Shown here piece after piece: positions 38,428 through 48,442 of a stretch of DNA of 64,000 nucleotides. The notes beneath the pieces were generated by a model that did not search any database, was not told where the DNA came from, and saw only the letters and a program-made list of their open reading frames with translations. The stretch comes from a virus. Location of the stretch: the IMG/VR virus record IMGVR_UViG_3300010885_038456, positions 3,423 to 67,422 of that record, one strand, 5' to 3'. Each line of letters opens with the position of its first letter. Position 1 is the first letter of the stretch. Made by a program: the position numbers and the translations under genes.

Positions 38428-38651
38428 CATTCTCTTAGGAGAAACAGAATCGCATCGTTTTAGCTTGTATGGTTATTGATAATGAGTTCAAGCTTGGTTC
38501 GATGTAAAACTAAACTAAAATTAAAAAAAGTGGGTTATCCGATTTTATGGGAGATTTCTCGTTAAAAAATGGCATGTTCGATGAAGTGCATAACGTGGTA
38601 ATTAAAAACTACCGATGAAAGGCGTTACTCCCAAACCTTTCTTTATATATT

Positions 38652-38724
38652 GTGGTGTTAGTGAAGTGGTTATCATGCTACACTGTCACGGTAGAGATCG
38701 TGAGTTCGAATCTCACACACCACG
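38652..38724 (+). tRNA. tRNA-Asp(GTC)
   Basis: GTGGTGT/ACACCAC acceptor, loop CT-GTC-AC, GTGAG-TTCGAAT-CTCAC, G73. Confidence 0.88.
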
Positions 38725-38764
38725 CTAAGTTATTTCATACATTTTATTAACCAACATTAACAAT

Positions 38765-39229
38765 ATGAATATTGCTAATATATTAGAAAGTGTATTACTT
38801 GCGTTAGTTCTTATACTTGTACCAATCCATACTTCGAAGATGAAACAACATCCACCCGAAGTATTTAAGTTTATGAAGCCGGATATTGTAACGGTAACAA
38901 CTTACACAATCCAATCAGCCGGTATAAGACCGGATACGATATCAACAACAACTGCAAGTGGATTCGAAATCAATGAACGTAATCCGAGAGCACACCGAAT
39001 AATAGCGATAAGTAGGGATTTACGAAAGAAATACGGATTCGGCCAGAAAGTTAGGATTGAAGGTACAGGTATCTACGATGGTATATATGTAGTACGAGAT
39101 TTGATGGATTCCAGATGGAAAAAGAGAATCGATATATTGATTAACGATGTAGATAAACAGATAAAGATTTACAATGTTAAGATTTATAAACTACTGAAGA
39201 AACAACCAACGTTAGAAAAGATTGCATAA
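38765..39229 (+). CDS. 3D (Asp-Asp-Asp) domain cell-wall protein
   Basis: N-terminal TM; TASG, IIAISRDL, FGQKVRIEG, VRDLM, RIDILI. Confidence 0.8.
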   Translation: MNIANILESVLLALVLILVPIHTSKMKQHPPEVFKFMKPDIVTVTTYTIQSAGIRPDTISTTTASGFEINERNPRAHRIIAISRDLRKKYGFGQKVRIEGTGIYDGIYVVRDLMDSRWKKRIDILINDVDKQIKIYNVKIYKLLKKQPTLEKIA

Positions 39230-39232
39230 GTT

Positions 39233-39259
39233 AAAGGGGGTACATTGTATCCCTTTTTT
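39233..39259 (+). terminator. intrinsic terminator
   Basis: AAAGGGGGTAC/GTATCCCTTT stem followed by T residues. Confidence 0.7.
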
Positions 39260-39260
39260 G

Positions 39261-39343
39261 TTAACAAATATTTAACATTAAACATTTGGAATGTACAGAT
39301 AAATTTTGTATATTTGTGTATTAATCATTAAAATTTAAAAGTT
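39261..39343 (+). promoter_or_regulatory. short variant of the promoter repeat (2x TTAAC + TTTG-N20-TATATTTG)
   Basis: Sequence match to the repeat family. Confidence 0.7.
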
Positions 39344-39703
39344 ATGGGTAGGTATTACATTGGCGACATTGAAGGAAAGTTTTGGTTCGGGACACAATCA
39401 AGTTGCGCAGCTGACAGGTTTGGTGTGGAAGGAACTCAACCTGAGTATTTGGAGTATAACTTTGGAGAAAGCCATTTAGAAATGGTTGAAGCTGAAATAG
39501 TAAGGATTGAAGAGTTCTTAGGTGATAAGAAGAAAGCCATTGATGAATTCTTTGAAGTACGGGATAGTTACAACGATGAAATACTATTAGAGATTGGTGT
39601 TACTGCAGAAGAATTATCAGAGTATGCCGATTTGGGGTTAGGTATCAAAATTAGAGATTGTATAAAAGAGTTAGGTTATTGCTCATTTGAAGCAGAATTG
39701 TAA
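39344..39703 (+). CDS. acidic phage hypothetical protein
   Basis: MGRYY.GDIEGKFWFG.QSS..ADRFG...LG.KI.DCI...C.FEAEL. Confidence 0.8.
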   Translation: MGRYYIGDIEGKFWFGTQSSCAADRFGVEGTQPEYLEYNFGESHLEMVEAEIVRIEEFLGDKKKAIDEFFEVRDSYNDEILLEIGVTAEELSEYADLGLGIKIRDCIKELGYCSFEAEL

Positions 39704-39729
39704 TATTTAATTAAAAGAAGAAAAAAGTT

Positions 39730-40023
39730 ATGGAAGCATTAGTAAAAATGTTAGAAGAGATTTATAGTAATTACGATGTTAGGTTTATCATTGAACAGGT
39801 ACAATTTGATCAAGAAAAGCCGGTATTTCGCTTGAAAAGACGTAAAGTGGTAAAGTTCTTTGGTAGGGTAAAGTATATGGATGAGTATGAACTAAACTCA
39901 ATCAGTAAGAGAATCAATTTCAAATCGGTAAAAGATATCGAAATGTATTTAAGATTCCAATTTTCAGAACCAGAAGGATTTATGACAAATGTGTTTGACC
40001 TATCACAAAACGATAACGATTAA
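39730..40023 (+). CDS. hypothetical protein
   Basis: 97 aa ORF in operon. Confidence 0.7.
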   Translation: MEALVKMLEEIYSNYDVRFIIEQVQFDQEKPVFRLKRRKVVKFFGRVKYMDEYELNSISKRINFKSVKDIEMYLRFQFSEPEGFMTNVFDLSQNDND

Positions 40024-40026
40024 GGT

Positions 40027-40296
40027 ATGGATTTAGATTACAAAACCAATTATAGTGCGTTGTACGATGTAGCACCTAAGTTAAAGGATGCAACACTACA
40101 ACGTACTAAGTTAGATGAAGCTGGTAAGGAATCCGTTATTTCGGATATCAATTCCAGCGTCAATCTTGCCAACGAAACATTGAAGTTGTTAAACAATTCA
40201 TATGAACTACATTCGGATAGACATATTGGAGATGCCATTGTAACTATTACGGCAACAATTAAATCAATTAATTTATTCAGAAACTCACTACAATAG
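40027..40296 (+). CDS. hypothetical protein
   Basis: 89 aa ORF in operon. Confidence 0.65.
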   Translation: MDLDYKTNYSALYDVAPKLKDATLQRTKLDEAGKESVISDINSSVNLANETLKLLNNSYELHSDRHIGDAIVTITATIKSINLFRNSLQ

Positions 40297-40444
40297 TTAT
40301 GAAAGTAATATATATGGAGTGTACACTAGGGTATATGCAGAGTTTGGGAATGCAAGATGAGATAGATGAATTACTTGCACATTCGGAACTTTACAAAGTT
40401 AAAGATATTAACTACATAAAACTAACAGAAACAGAGGAAACGTT

Positions 40445-40786
40445 ATGAAAAACAAAGGGTTATTTACAAAGCAGTTATTTATAGATACAATCAATGCAAT
40501 TCAGGTACAAAGAGAACGGGATATAGATAACGCTGATAAACTTAGTGATATCTTTGATTCATATGTTATGCCATACGATAATGGTGAACTATATGACCAA
40601 TTACTGGCAATTATGTATTATAATTTTGATATGGATAATGAATCTCAAATATATAATAATGATATTGAGTATTTCATTTGGGAGTTGGATTTCGGAAAGA
40701 AATATAGACCTGGTTGTTATACCATCAATGGTAACCCAGTTACACTAAAAACTGCCGAAGACCTTTGGGATGTATTAAATAGATAA
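40445..40786 (+). CDS. phage hypothetical protein
   Basis: DIEYFIWELDFGK...LKTAEDLWD motif. Confidence 0.75.
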   Translation: MKNKGLFTKQLFIDTINAIQVQRERDIDNADKLSDIFDSYVMPYDNGELYDQLLAIMYYNFDMDNESQIYNNDIEYFIWELDFGKKYRPGCYTINGNPVTLKTAEDLWDVLNR

Positions 40787-40897
40787 CCAATGGAAGATAA
40801 AAGAGTAAAGTGTGCATCGTGTGGTGTTATCCATTACGATAGCATTTGTCCAAATTGTGGTTCAGTTATTTCAACAGATGTAAAAGATAAATAAATT

Positions 40898-41152
40898 ATG
40901 GTAGATAATTCTTCAGGTAAACTAAGCAATTTGCAGTATCACGAAGCAATGGACAGGACTCAGTTAGTAGCTCAGTTCATTGATGATACATTAAGAATAC
41001 ACCCAGTATATACTAATAACGATGAGTTGTTAACTAAAGTGGATTCGGCAATTGAAATATTAGTTCAATTGTATGGTGAAATATTAGAAATGGGTATCAA
41101 AGATTCGGAATCTGATGATGATTTTGATTACCCTAATTTATTCGAAGAATAA
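40898..41152 (+). CDS. hypothetical acidic protein
   Basis: YHEAMDRT...HPV motif. Confidence 0.7.
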   Translation: MVDNSSGKLSNLQYHEAMDRTQLVAQFIDDTLRIHPVYTNNDELLTKVDSAIEILVQLYGEILEMGIKDSESDDDFDYPNLFEE

Positions 41153-41457
41153 TGGAAGATAACGAAGATATGATTATCAGAAAAGGGTTTAAGATTAAGT
41201 ATGATGGCAAAGCATTGACCAACGTAGATAGTCTTACATACAATGGTTATATTGAATCCGTTGCCAATCTAATGAAAGCACATATCCTATTGATGAGAGA
41301 AGTGTTTCCCGAATCAAAAGAGAATTGGTTTTGTGGTAGTGCTACGATATGCGACCTATACCACTATTCTGATAATCTCATTCTAACATATGGTAGGGAA
41401 GAAGAATCGGCTGGGTTATCGGATGTGAGTGATATATATGTTGAAATAGATTTTTAA
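41152..41457 (+). CDS. hypothetical protein
   Basis: TAATG-coupled 101 aa ORF. Confidence 0.65.
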   Translation: MEDNEDMIIRKGFKIKYDGKALTNVDSLTYNGYIESVANLMKAHILLMREVFPESKENWFCGSATICDLYHYSDNLILTYGREEESAGLSDVSDIYVEIDF

Positions 41458-41461
41458 AAAT

Positions 41462-42169
41462 ATGGATGAAGTAATAGTAGTTGAAATTATAAAGGAATCA
41501 CCGGCGAATTGGAGATTCATATTACAATACAAAACTCCAGAACCTATTAGATTTATACCTGGACAACTAATTCAACTTGCGGTAGAAGATATACCATGTG
41601 ATTTAGTGACAAGAAACTTCTCAGTTGCATCGTGGCCAGATGGTACTAATAAGTTAGAGATTATAGTTACAAATATAGTAGGTGGTAGAATGTCTAACTA
41701 TCTATTCAATAAATGTAAGGTTGGCGATGTAGTTGCAATTGGAGCACCAGTTGGTGGATTCATTTTACCAACACCATTGGAACGAGATGTGGTATTTGTA
41801 TGTACGGGTTCTGGCATATCACCATTCCGTTCTATGATAAACTATGTGACAATTAATAAGGTATCAACAAAGCAAATCTATATGGTGTTTGGTTGTAGAA
41901 CGCAGGAGGATATACTATACAGAGCTGAGATGGAAGCGTTGGAAAGAATCAATCCAAACTTTCACTATATTCCAGTACTATCGCGTGAAGAGTGGGATGG
42001 TGCAAATGGATATGTTCATCAGCAGTATTTGGATATTATTAAAGATATGGAAAACAAACCACTATTTTATCTATGTGGTTGGAGTGGAATGATTGATGAT
42101 GTTAGAACAAATCTTACTAAATTGGGATATCAGCTTAGACACGATATCCGTATAGAGTTATTTGGGTAA
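41462..42169 (+). CDS. FAD/NAD(P)-binding oxidoreductase (ferredoxin-NADP reductase family)
   Basis: FIPGQ, RNFSVAS, GGRMSNYL, CTGSGISPFRSM, FYLCGW, IELFG. Confidence 0.9.
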   Translation: MDEVIVVEIIKESPANWRFILQYKTPEPIRFIPGQLIQLAVEDIPCDLVTRNFSVASWPDGTNKLEIIVTNIVGGRMSNYLFNKCKVGDVVAIGAPVGGFILPTPLERDVVFVCTGSGISPFRSMINYVTINKVSTKQIYMVFGCRTQEDILYRAEMEALERINPNFHYIPVLSREEWDGANGYVHQQYLDIIKDMENKPLFYLCGWSGMIDDVRTNLTKLGYQLRHDIRIELFG

Positions 42170-42174
42170 TATTT

Positions 42175-42393
42175 ATGGAGCTATACGATACATTGATTCT
42201 GAAATGTGGAGGGCAGATAGTTAAAGAGCTGAGGTATATTGCTAATTGTAATAGTAGATACTTACTTGCTCCGAGTGATGGTAGGGCCGATATTCGTTCC
42301 CTACTATGGATAAAAAAGAAGCACGATATAATTCAATTAGATGATAAGACATGGCAATTGGATATATCAGAGATTGGATTGGCAGATTTATAA
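42175..42393 (+). CDS. hypothetical protein
   Basis: 72 aa ORF in operon. Confidence 0.55.
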   Translation: MELYDTLILKCGGQIVKELRYIANCNSRYLLAPSDGRADIRSLLWIKKKHDIIQLDDKTWQLDISEIGLADL

Positions 42394-42404
42394 AACAATA
42401 AGTT

Positions 42405-42863
42405 ATGATTAAAGGAAAAACAATTGCGTTAATAGCACACGATGCTAGAAAAGCAGACATGGTTGAGTGGGTAGAGCATAATGCATTCACCCTATTAAAC
42501 AACAATTTGGTATGTACTGGAACAACTGGTGGGTTGATTGATAAGATACTACAAACAATCGCAACCGATACGATATCCAACAAACACCCAAATGTTAATA
42601 AGAAGAAATCAGGTCCGATGGGTGGTGATGCGCAGATTGCGGCAATGGTAGTTGAAGGTAAGATAGAACTATGTGTATTTCTTATAGATGACCTTACTGC
42701 AAACCCACACGAAGCTGATATTCAAATGTTACTTCGTCAATGTAGAATACATAATATCCCAGTAGCTTGTAATCGGCATTCAGCAGACTTAATGATTACA
42801 TCTGATTTGTGGGGCACTGATTATGACCCATCTATTCCAACTTATACTGAGTTTTTTAGATAG
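42405..42863 (+). CDS. mgsA: methylglyoxal synthase
   Basis: IALIAHDARK, TGTTG, SGPMGGDAQI, PHEADIQMLLR, PVACN. Confidence 0.93.
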   Translation: MIKGKTIALIAHDARKADMVEWVEHNAFTLLNNNLVCTGTTGGLIDKILQTIATDTISNKHPNVNKKKSGPMGGDAQIAAMVVEGKIELCVFLIDDLTANPHEADIQMLLRQCRIHNIPVACNRHSADLMITSDLWGTDYDPSIPTYTEFFR

Positions 42864-42867
42864 AACT

Positions 42868-42979
42868 TTTTAACATTTTTTAACGTTTTTTAACTAAAAT
42901 AATTTGGTGGTTACAGCAAAAATGATTACCTTTAGGTATTGAGTTTAAAGAGTTACTAATCACTAAAAATTAAAAAATT
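42868..42979 (+). repeat. promoter-leader repeat, copy 4
   Basis: (TTTAAC)x3, TTTGG, TACCTTTAGGTATTGAG. Confidence 0.85.
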
Positions 42980-43207
42980 ATGAGTTACGCAGGTTCTAAC
43001 AGTTGGGAAAGTATTGGTTTGTATTTGAGTGGTTCAACCGCTCCATCAGGTAATGTTTCGGGTTTACCTGAGTTATTAGTTACAGATGGTGTTGGAAATA
43101 CCAGAAGGTTTCCGTTCAAAAGTAAAAAAGCATTATTGAAGATTAAAGAAACGATTAAACAAGCCAAAGCAAACGCTGTGGCAAATGGTAGTGTATTTAC
43201 CTTTTAA
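42980..43207 (+). CDS. hypothetical early protein
   Basis: 75 aa ORF after the repeat. Confidence 0.7.
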   Translation: MSYAGSNSWESIGLYLSGSTAPSGNVSGLPELLVTDGVGNTRRFPFKSKKALLKIKETIKQAKANAVANGSVFTF

Positions 43208-43384
43208 TTATATAAACAATGGATAGCAGTACATTTAAAGAAATTGTATCCGCCGCTAAACGTGCCGGAGTACACAACTACCCAACTCTAGAAGAGTTTG
43301 TGGCGTATGAGTTGGATGAGTCATTAGCAGAACAAATGACCGGTAGTGATTACTATAAGGTCTTAGAAAAGCTAGAAGATTAAG

Positions 43385-43735
43385 ATGATTAACGCAAAGG
43401 ATGAATTAAAAAGCATTCTGCCTAAACAAACATTGGCAGAAAACGATGGGTACACAATTAAGTGTGCTAAGATTGAGAAGCGTGATTCCAAATATTGGGG
43501 AGATGACTATACTGAAACTGTATACGAACATATCTTACCAACTGGATATAGTCCTCAACAATGGGATGAGTTTTGGAATGGAATTGATTTCGAATACAAT
43601 GCCGGGTATGGTCAGCAAGAGTTGTTCGGAAACGTATGGTTCTACGGACCAAGTTGGTTAGAACGTAGTGAATACGATGGTTCGGAGTGGTGGGTTCTTA
43701 GAGAACTACCAACAATACCAAACGAACTATTGTAA
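43385..43735 (+). CDS. phage hypothetical protein
   Basis: DFEYNAGYGQQELFGNVWF...WLERSEYDGSEWW motif. Confidence 0.8.
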   Translation: MINAKDELKSILPKQTLAENDGYTIKCAKIEKRDSKYWGDDYTETVYEHILPTGYSPQQWDEFWNGIDFEYNAGYGQQELFGNVWFYGPSWLERSEYDGSEWWVLRELPTIPNELL

Positions 43736-44085
43736 TGGATTACGCTACACATGGTATATTTGTCATAAGACACGTAAAGCATGGGACTAGAAAATCGGCA
43801 GGTGTTATGTGGAGAGGTTCTATAACTACCACATATAACCAGCTGATTACATTATTAGGAGAACCAACTATCACCAGACCTACTTCGGATGGTAAAACAC
43901 AAAGACAGTGGGTAATTTATTTCAGAGATGAGATATTTACAATATACGATTGGAAGGTATACGATATAAACATTGTTACCACTACACTAAATGAGTTTCA
44001 GGTTGCCGGATTTACGGAAGCAACTGAATTTATAGAACGGATTAATCATTACATTGGAGAGTTAGAAAACGTTAATAATTTTTAA
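43735..44085 (+). CDS. phage hypothetical protein
   Basis: TTYNQL...LGEP....DGKT..QW......FTIYDWK motif. Confidence 0.75.
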   Translation: MDYATHGIFVIRHVKHGTRKSAGVMWRGSITTTYNQLITLLGEPTITRPTSDGKTQRQWVIYFRDEIFTIYDWKVYDINIVTTTLNEFQVAGFTEATEFIERINHYIGELENVNNF

Positions 44086-44086
44086 T

Positions 44087-44332
44087 ATGGCATACTTAAA
44101 GAGTTATTTGTACGAAGTATCGGAAGAAATATATGAAAACATTCCGAAGGAAGTAACATTGGAAACCGGAACATATGAGTTGACTGAGTTATCCGAATAT
44201 GATTTGGAAAAGATAGTGGATTACGCAGTAAATCGTTATGTGGATAAGGTGTATGATGTTGTAAAGCAAGAAATGCTTGAAGAAAGCAAAATGTATTTGA
44301 GAGAATTAGTTATAGAACAAATCCTAAATTAG
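44087..44332 (+). CDS. hypothetical acidic protein
   Basis: 81 aa, Glu/Tyr-rich. Confidence 0.7.
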   Translation: MAYLKSYLYEVSEEIYENIPKEVTLETGTYELTELSEYDLEKIVDYAVNRYVDKVYDVVKQEMLEESKMYLRELVIEQILN

Positions 44333-44602
44333 AAGTTATGAATTGGTTACATAAAACAGACCCTATCGTAGTATTAGTAGTTGGTATACTAATAGTAGTT
44401 GCATTGTTAGCATTCGTATATACACAGATTTAACAATTTGTTAACATTAAAAGTTTGGTAGTTTCAATGGTATTGATTATATTTGTAGTATAACATTAAG
44501 AGATAGAAATTATGACTGTTACATTTTGGATTGATTTATTTTGGATTGGGTTGATTTTCGTTGGATTTGGGTATTGTGCTTACTTAGAAAGAAATAAGTA
44601 GT

Positions 44603-45007
44603 ATGTATACATTGGAGTATGGATTAGGTAATCGGGCTGAAACAGTCCGTATCGGTGGTATCGTAGCCAGATGGTGTAAACGTACATTCGGTGTAAATAA
44701 ACGTAGGAAGTTTGCACCTATATGGAGTTTCCAAAAATCAGATCAGATAGATACACAAAACCACACAACCGGTGTATTTCACTATTGGGATAATGAAGTT
44801 ATTATCTATTGGAACAATGTTCAAAACATTGAAGAGTTGATACGAGTATGTATCCATGAGTGGACACATCAGAATCAACCACTAACCACACATTACGATA
44901 AACAAACAGAATCATACGATAACAACAAATATGAGATAGAAGCTAGAAAAGCTGAAGATACTCATTATTTGAATTGTTGGGGTTACATTTCAACTAAGTT
45001 AAACTAA
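44603..45007 (+). CDS. zincin-like metallopeptidase domain protein
   Basis: IHEWTH (HExxH) and YEIEAR. Confidence 0.7.
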   Translation: MYTLEYGLGNRAETVRIGGIVARWCKRTFGVNKRRKFAPIWSFQKSDQIDTQNHTTGVFHYWDNEVIIYWNNVQNIEELIRVCIHEWTHQNQPLTTHYDKQTESYDNNKYEIEARKAEDTHYLNCWGYISTKLN

Positions 45008-45171
45008 CATTTATATATTATGCAAGAAGCAATTACGGTATTAGAAAAAGCAGAATCAGTATTATTACGGAGAGCAATGCAGATGAGAGAAGGATTACCT
45101 AAATGGTCAGCATTGGAAAGATTGAGAGAGATTAAAGCAGCTCTAAAGTTAATAAAACAAAGTGCATAAGA

Positions 45172-45283
45172 TTTAACATTCTTTAACGTTTTTTAACTAA
45201 AATAATTTGGCGGTTAACTTAAAAATGCGTATCTTTAGGTATTGAGTTAAGAGAGTTATTAATCATTAAAAACAAAAAAAGTT
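45172..45283 (+). repeat. promoter-leader repeat, copy 5
   Basis: (TTTAAC)x3, TTTGG, TATCTTTAGGTATTGAGTTAAGAGAGTTA. Confidence 0.85.
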
Positions 45284-45886
45284 ATGAAAAACAAAATCAC
45301 ATTGACATTAAGTGGAGTTAAATTGGAATTACAAATTAAGTGTTTAAAAACTACCGATTGGAGTGGTAACAAATTAGAAAAACCTATCATCAGAATCGGA
45401 CAAGTTGAATCGGCTTCGTTAATCAAACAATTCGTTAAACAAAAGTTTCCAAACATTGTTGTGGCTTCCGCTTCTGATTCTTATAGTGGTGGTTGTAGTT
45501 GTAGAGTTTACCTTTCAGATAAGTATGGTAATCCGGTTAATGAAACGATTACAACGGTAGTTAACGATTTCGCTAAACAATTCCAAGAAGGAAGGTTCAA
45601 CGGAATGATTGATTGTTACGAATACAACGATACAAAGTTGGTAAGTGATAATGGAACAACAATCGATGGTGGTTGTAGTTATGTTTTCGTTGAGAATCGA
45701 CCAAAGTTTGGTTCAGCTCCCGATATCATTCGTTGTATCAGAGAACATATCGCTGGTAATTATGTTTGTGGAGTTCAAACATTGGAAGGCGCTAAACACC
45801 AAATCAAAGGTTACTACAAAGAATTGGATATTACGAAAGCTCTGATTGGAGTTAATCTTACAGAAGCTTTAAACACTAACATTTAA
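45284..45886 (+). CDS. LPD29-like (large polyvalent protein-associated) domain protein
   Basis: ASLIKQFVKQKFPN...SDSYSGG.S.RV...FQEGRFNGM.D.YEY. Confidence 0.6.
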   Translation: MKNKITLTLSGVKLELQIKCLKTTDWSGNKLEKPIIRIGQVESASLIKQFVKQKFPNIVVASASDSYSGGCSCRVYLSDKYGNPVNETITTVVNDFAKQFQEGRFNGMIDCYEYNDTKLVSDNGTTIDGGCSYVFVENRPKFGSAPDIIRCIREHIAGNYVCGVQTLEGAKHQIKGYYKELDITKALIGVNLTEALNTNI

Positions 45887-45897
45887 TTCATAAAGTT

Positions 45898-46110
45898 ATG
45901 ATAAAGACTAAGAAAAACGTAGGAATTGAAATTGACCTAACAGGTCCACAAGGTAACGCTTATTTCCTAATCGGAACAGCTAACAACTTAGCTAAACAAT
46001 TAGGATTTGATTCTACTACTATTAAAACCGAAATGATGAGTGGTGATTACGAAAACTTAGTTACCACATTTGATAAGTATTTCGGGTCAGTTGTAACACT
46101 ATACAGATAA
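45898..46110 (+). CDS. conserved phage hypothetical protein
   Basis: IDLTGPQGNAYFLIG...EMMSGDYENL. Confidence 0.8.
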   Translation: MIKTKKNVGIEIDLTGPQGNAYFLIGTANNLAKQLGFDSTTIKTEMMSGDYENLVTTFDKYFGSVVTLYR

Positions 46111-46122
46111 TACTTAAACGTT

Positions 46123-46347
46123 ATGGCTCTAAAAGAATATATTCAGGAAATTATAGATTCGGCAGTTCTAAAAACCAAAGTTGTAACTATGTATACTCCC
46201 AATCACGGAAGTTCAACTGGAGAACCGGTTGAGCTTACATACTATTGGGATGAATACGAATGTGAATGGACTACTAAGGAGTTCGCATTGAAAAGATATG
46301 TGTTTAATCAAATAGAACCACTAATAAGAATTACAAGTTATGAGTAA
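46123..46347 (+). CDS. hypothetical protein
   Basis: 74 aa ORF in operon. Confidence 0.65.
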   Translation: MALKEYIQEIIDSAVLKTKVVTMYTPNHGSSTGEPVELTYYWDEYECEWTTKEFALKRYVFNQIEPLIRITSYE

Positions 46348-46642
46348 ATACGAAATATACTATGATATAGATTTGTTCCAATGGGTTAAATCCAACAGAA
46401 CATTTTACGCAGATGGTTGGGATTTATGGCCAGAGCCGGCCGGAGATTACAAAACCGCATTTCCAAATGGAAAACAGCAGTTCCTAATAATAAACAACAG
46501 AACCAAAGGATTCAGAAGATTCCGTTATGTAGAAGATTTTGAATATACGCAGGAGTTTGATGGACAATCGGTTGTAGTGGAGCGTGGTTGGTTATTTACA
46601 TCGGAAGATGGTATTTTATGTAAGGTATATTTTGAGAGATAG
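46340..46642 (+). CDS. hypothetical protein
   Basis: 100 aa ORF in operon. Confidence 0.7.
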   Translation: MSKYEIYYDIDLFQWVKSNRTFYADGWDLWPEPAGDYKTAFPNGKQQFLIINNRTKGFRRFRYVEDFEYTQEFDGQSVVVERGWLFTSEDGILCKVYFER

Positions 46643-46819
46643 GAACATGATACAGAAACTAAAATCAAAATTACTGACAATGTTATTTGTTAGTTGGGTA
46701 AACGATGAATACGATTTAGAGCTATTAGCAATGACTCGTAGTTTAATTGAGAAGCAAGAGACGAGAATCAAATGGTATATACATTTCGGAAATAGAGTTG
46801 AAATTAAAGGATTCAGAGG

Positions 46820-47332
46820 ATGAGAATATTAATAGTTATATTAGCAATAGTTTTAAGTAGTTGTGTAGATGGTAATCTATTTGATTTAAACCATAAAGAT
46901 ATCCAATTATCAATTAACCCAAAGTTACCCAAAGATTCAAACGGATACTATTACTTTGAATTGTATTCAACACAACTTCAGAACATTCATACGGTGACGG
47001 GTTCAATTCGTGTCAATGGAGATATACCAAACTCACCCAGAGAAAAGGTAGAATGGGAAAGCTCATTGTATTGGGTATTAAGACAAGGTGAAACCATTGG
47101 TACAATCTATCGAAGGACTTGGAGAGGACTGGGTTGGCAAGTTGTGGATAGTATAAAGGTGACAAACCTAAAGGAAGCAATCGTTCCAACAATCAATCCA
47201 GCATGTTATAATTCATCCGATGGCAGTATCAATACCGTAATAGCACCAATGTGGAATATGAAAGGTGATACTATGGTAATCGTAGCAAGATGTGGTGAAG
47301 CAGTAACTTCTGTTAAAATAATTTTGAAATAA
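46820..47332 (+). CDS. lipoprotein
   Basis: Lipobox LSS-C; beta-rich domain. Confidence 0.75.
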   Translation: MRILIVILAIVLSSCVDGNLFDLNHKDIQLSINPKLPKDSNGYYYFELYSTQLQNIHTVTGSIRVNGDIPNSPREKVEWESSLYWVLRQGETIGTIYRRTWRGLGWQVVDSIKVTNLKEAIVPTINPACYNSSDGSINTVIAPMWNMKGDTMVIVARCGEAVTSVKIILK

Positions 47333-47375
47333 CAAAAAAATATCGTATATTTACTAAACATTAAAATCTAAAGGT

Positions 47376-47588
47376 ATGAGTACAGCATCGGATTTATTTG
47401 AAGAAGAAACAGAAGACCGCTGGGTTGAGCAGGAGTTCTTAGATGAACAAATGCAACTTGAATGGATTAGACAATGTGAAATAGCATTTGAATATATTTA
47501 TGGTAAATACGAACCAATTGTATTTTCAGAAAATGAAACAATATATGATGATGGCAGTTTCAAAGCCAGATTCGAACCTAATATTTAA
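47376..47588 (+). CDS. hypothetical acidic protein
   Basis: 70 aa, D/E-rich, promoter-like motif upstream. Confidence 0.65.
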   Translation: MSTASDLFEEETEDRWVEQEFLDEQMQLEWIRQCEIAFEYIYGKYEPIVFSENETIYDDGSFKARFEPNI

Positions 47589-47609
47589 TTTACACTTAAT
47601 AAAACAAAG

Positions 47610-48101
47610 ATGAGCGACAACACAAATTACAATGAGAAAGCAGTATTTACCGGAAAAGCGTATGGTACTGAGATAAATGTTACATTAGACCATTCCGATT
47701 TGGAAATCGATGAAATATTCGATGCATTCCAAACTATTGTAACGGGATTAGGATTCCACCAAGATAGTTGGAAAGAATGGATATTGGATAGAGCAGAAGA
47801 GTATATCGAAGAAGATGGTTGGGATTGTACCGATGAAGATGATGAGTGGGATGTGACCTTAGAAGATGGACTGGAAGATTGGAAAGAAGAATGTTGTAAA
47901 GAAGGAAGCACTCAATGTGGATGTGGTAATTCTGCTATAATATCAGAATCGTATTGGTCTAATCCTATATCAGCATTTTCTACTACTGGGCCTTTCATAA
48001 CTACAACATCATATCCAAATAACGCTTCTGTTTCTTTTACAGCAGCAAATGGTACACCAACTGATAAAGTGTGTTGTAAAGATAAACCAAAGAAATCTTA
48101 A
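47610..48101 (+). CDS. hypothetical acidic protein with Cys-rich tail
   Basis: 163 aa; EWDVTLEDGLED motif, CC..CGC..CC. Confidence 0.7.
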   Translation: MSDNTNYNEKAVFTGKAYGTEINVTLDHSDLEIDEIFDAFQTIVTGLGFHQDSWKEWILDRAEEYIEEDGWDCTDEDDEWDVTLEDGLEDWKEECCKEGSTQCGCGNSAIISESYWSNPISAFSTTGPFITTTSYPNNASVSFTAANGTPTDKVCCKDKPKKS

Positions 48102-48442
48102 TGAACACTCTAAACGAAATAATCGAAACTACTGATAATATAATGTCTGTATTAGTAGATGCAGAATTCTTTTATTTAAATGAGTTTGTAGATGGTCTTT
48201 CGGTAAGAACAAAGCTGGAAACTCAGATGCAACGTAATTGGGAACAAAAAGATGATATGTATCTAACAGATGCACAATTTATGGATATAATCAGAGAATC
48301 TCTATTAGAAGCATACGATATCCATTCTACCTATGCATTTATAAATGGATTATGGACAGCAGATTCATTAGATTCGAATGGAAAATTAGTTTATAAGATT
48401 AACGAAAGTAACGAAATCCGTCAGTATTTACAATCCATTTAA
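48101..48442 (+). CDS. hypothetical protein
   Basis: TAATG-coupled 113 aa ORF. Confidence 0.7.
   Translation: MNTLNEIIETTDNIMSVLVDAEFFYLNEFVDGLSVRTKLETQMQRNWEQKDDMYLTDAQFMDIIRESLLEAYDIHSTYAFINGLWTADSLDSNGKLVYKINESNEIRQYLQSI

Noticed and set aside
38548-38633. Hammerhead ribozyme (GATGA / GAAA words)
   Set aside because: No CTGATGA core with correctly placed stems and cleavage triplet
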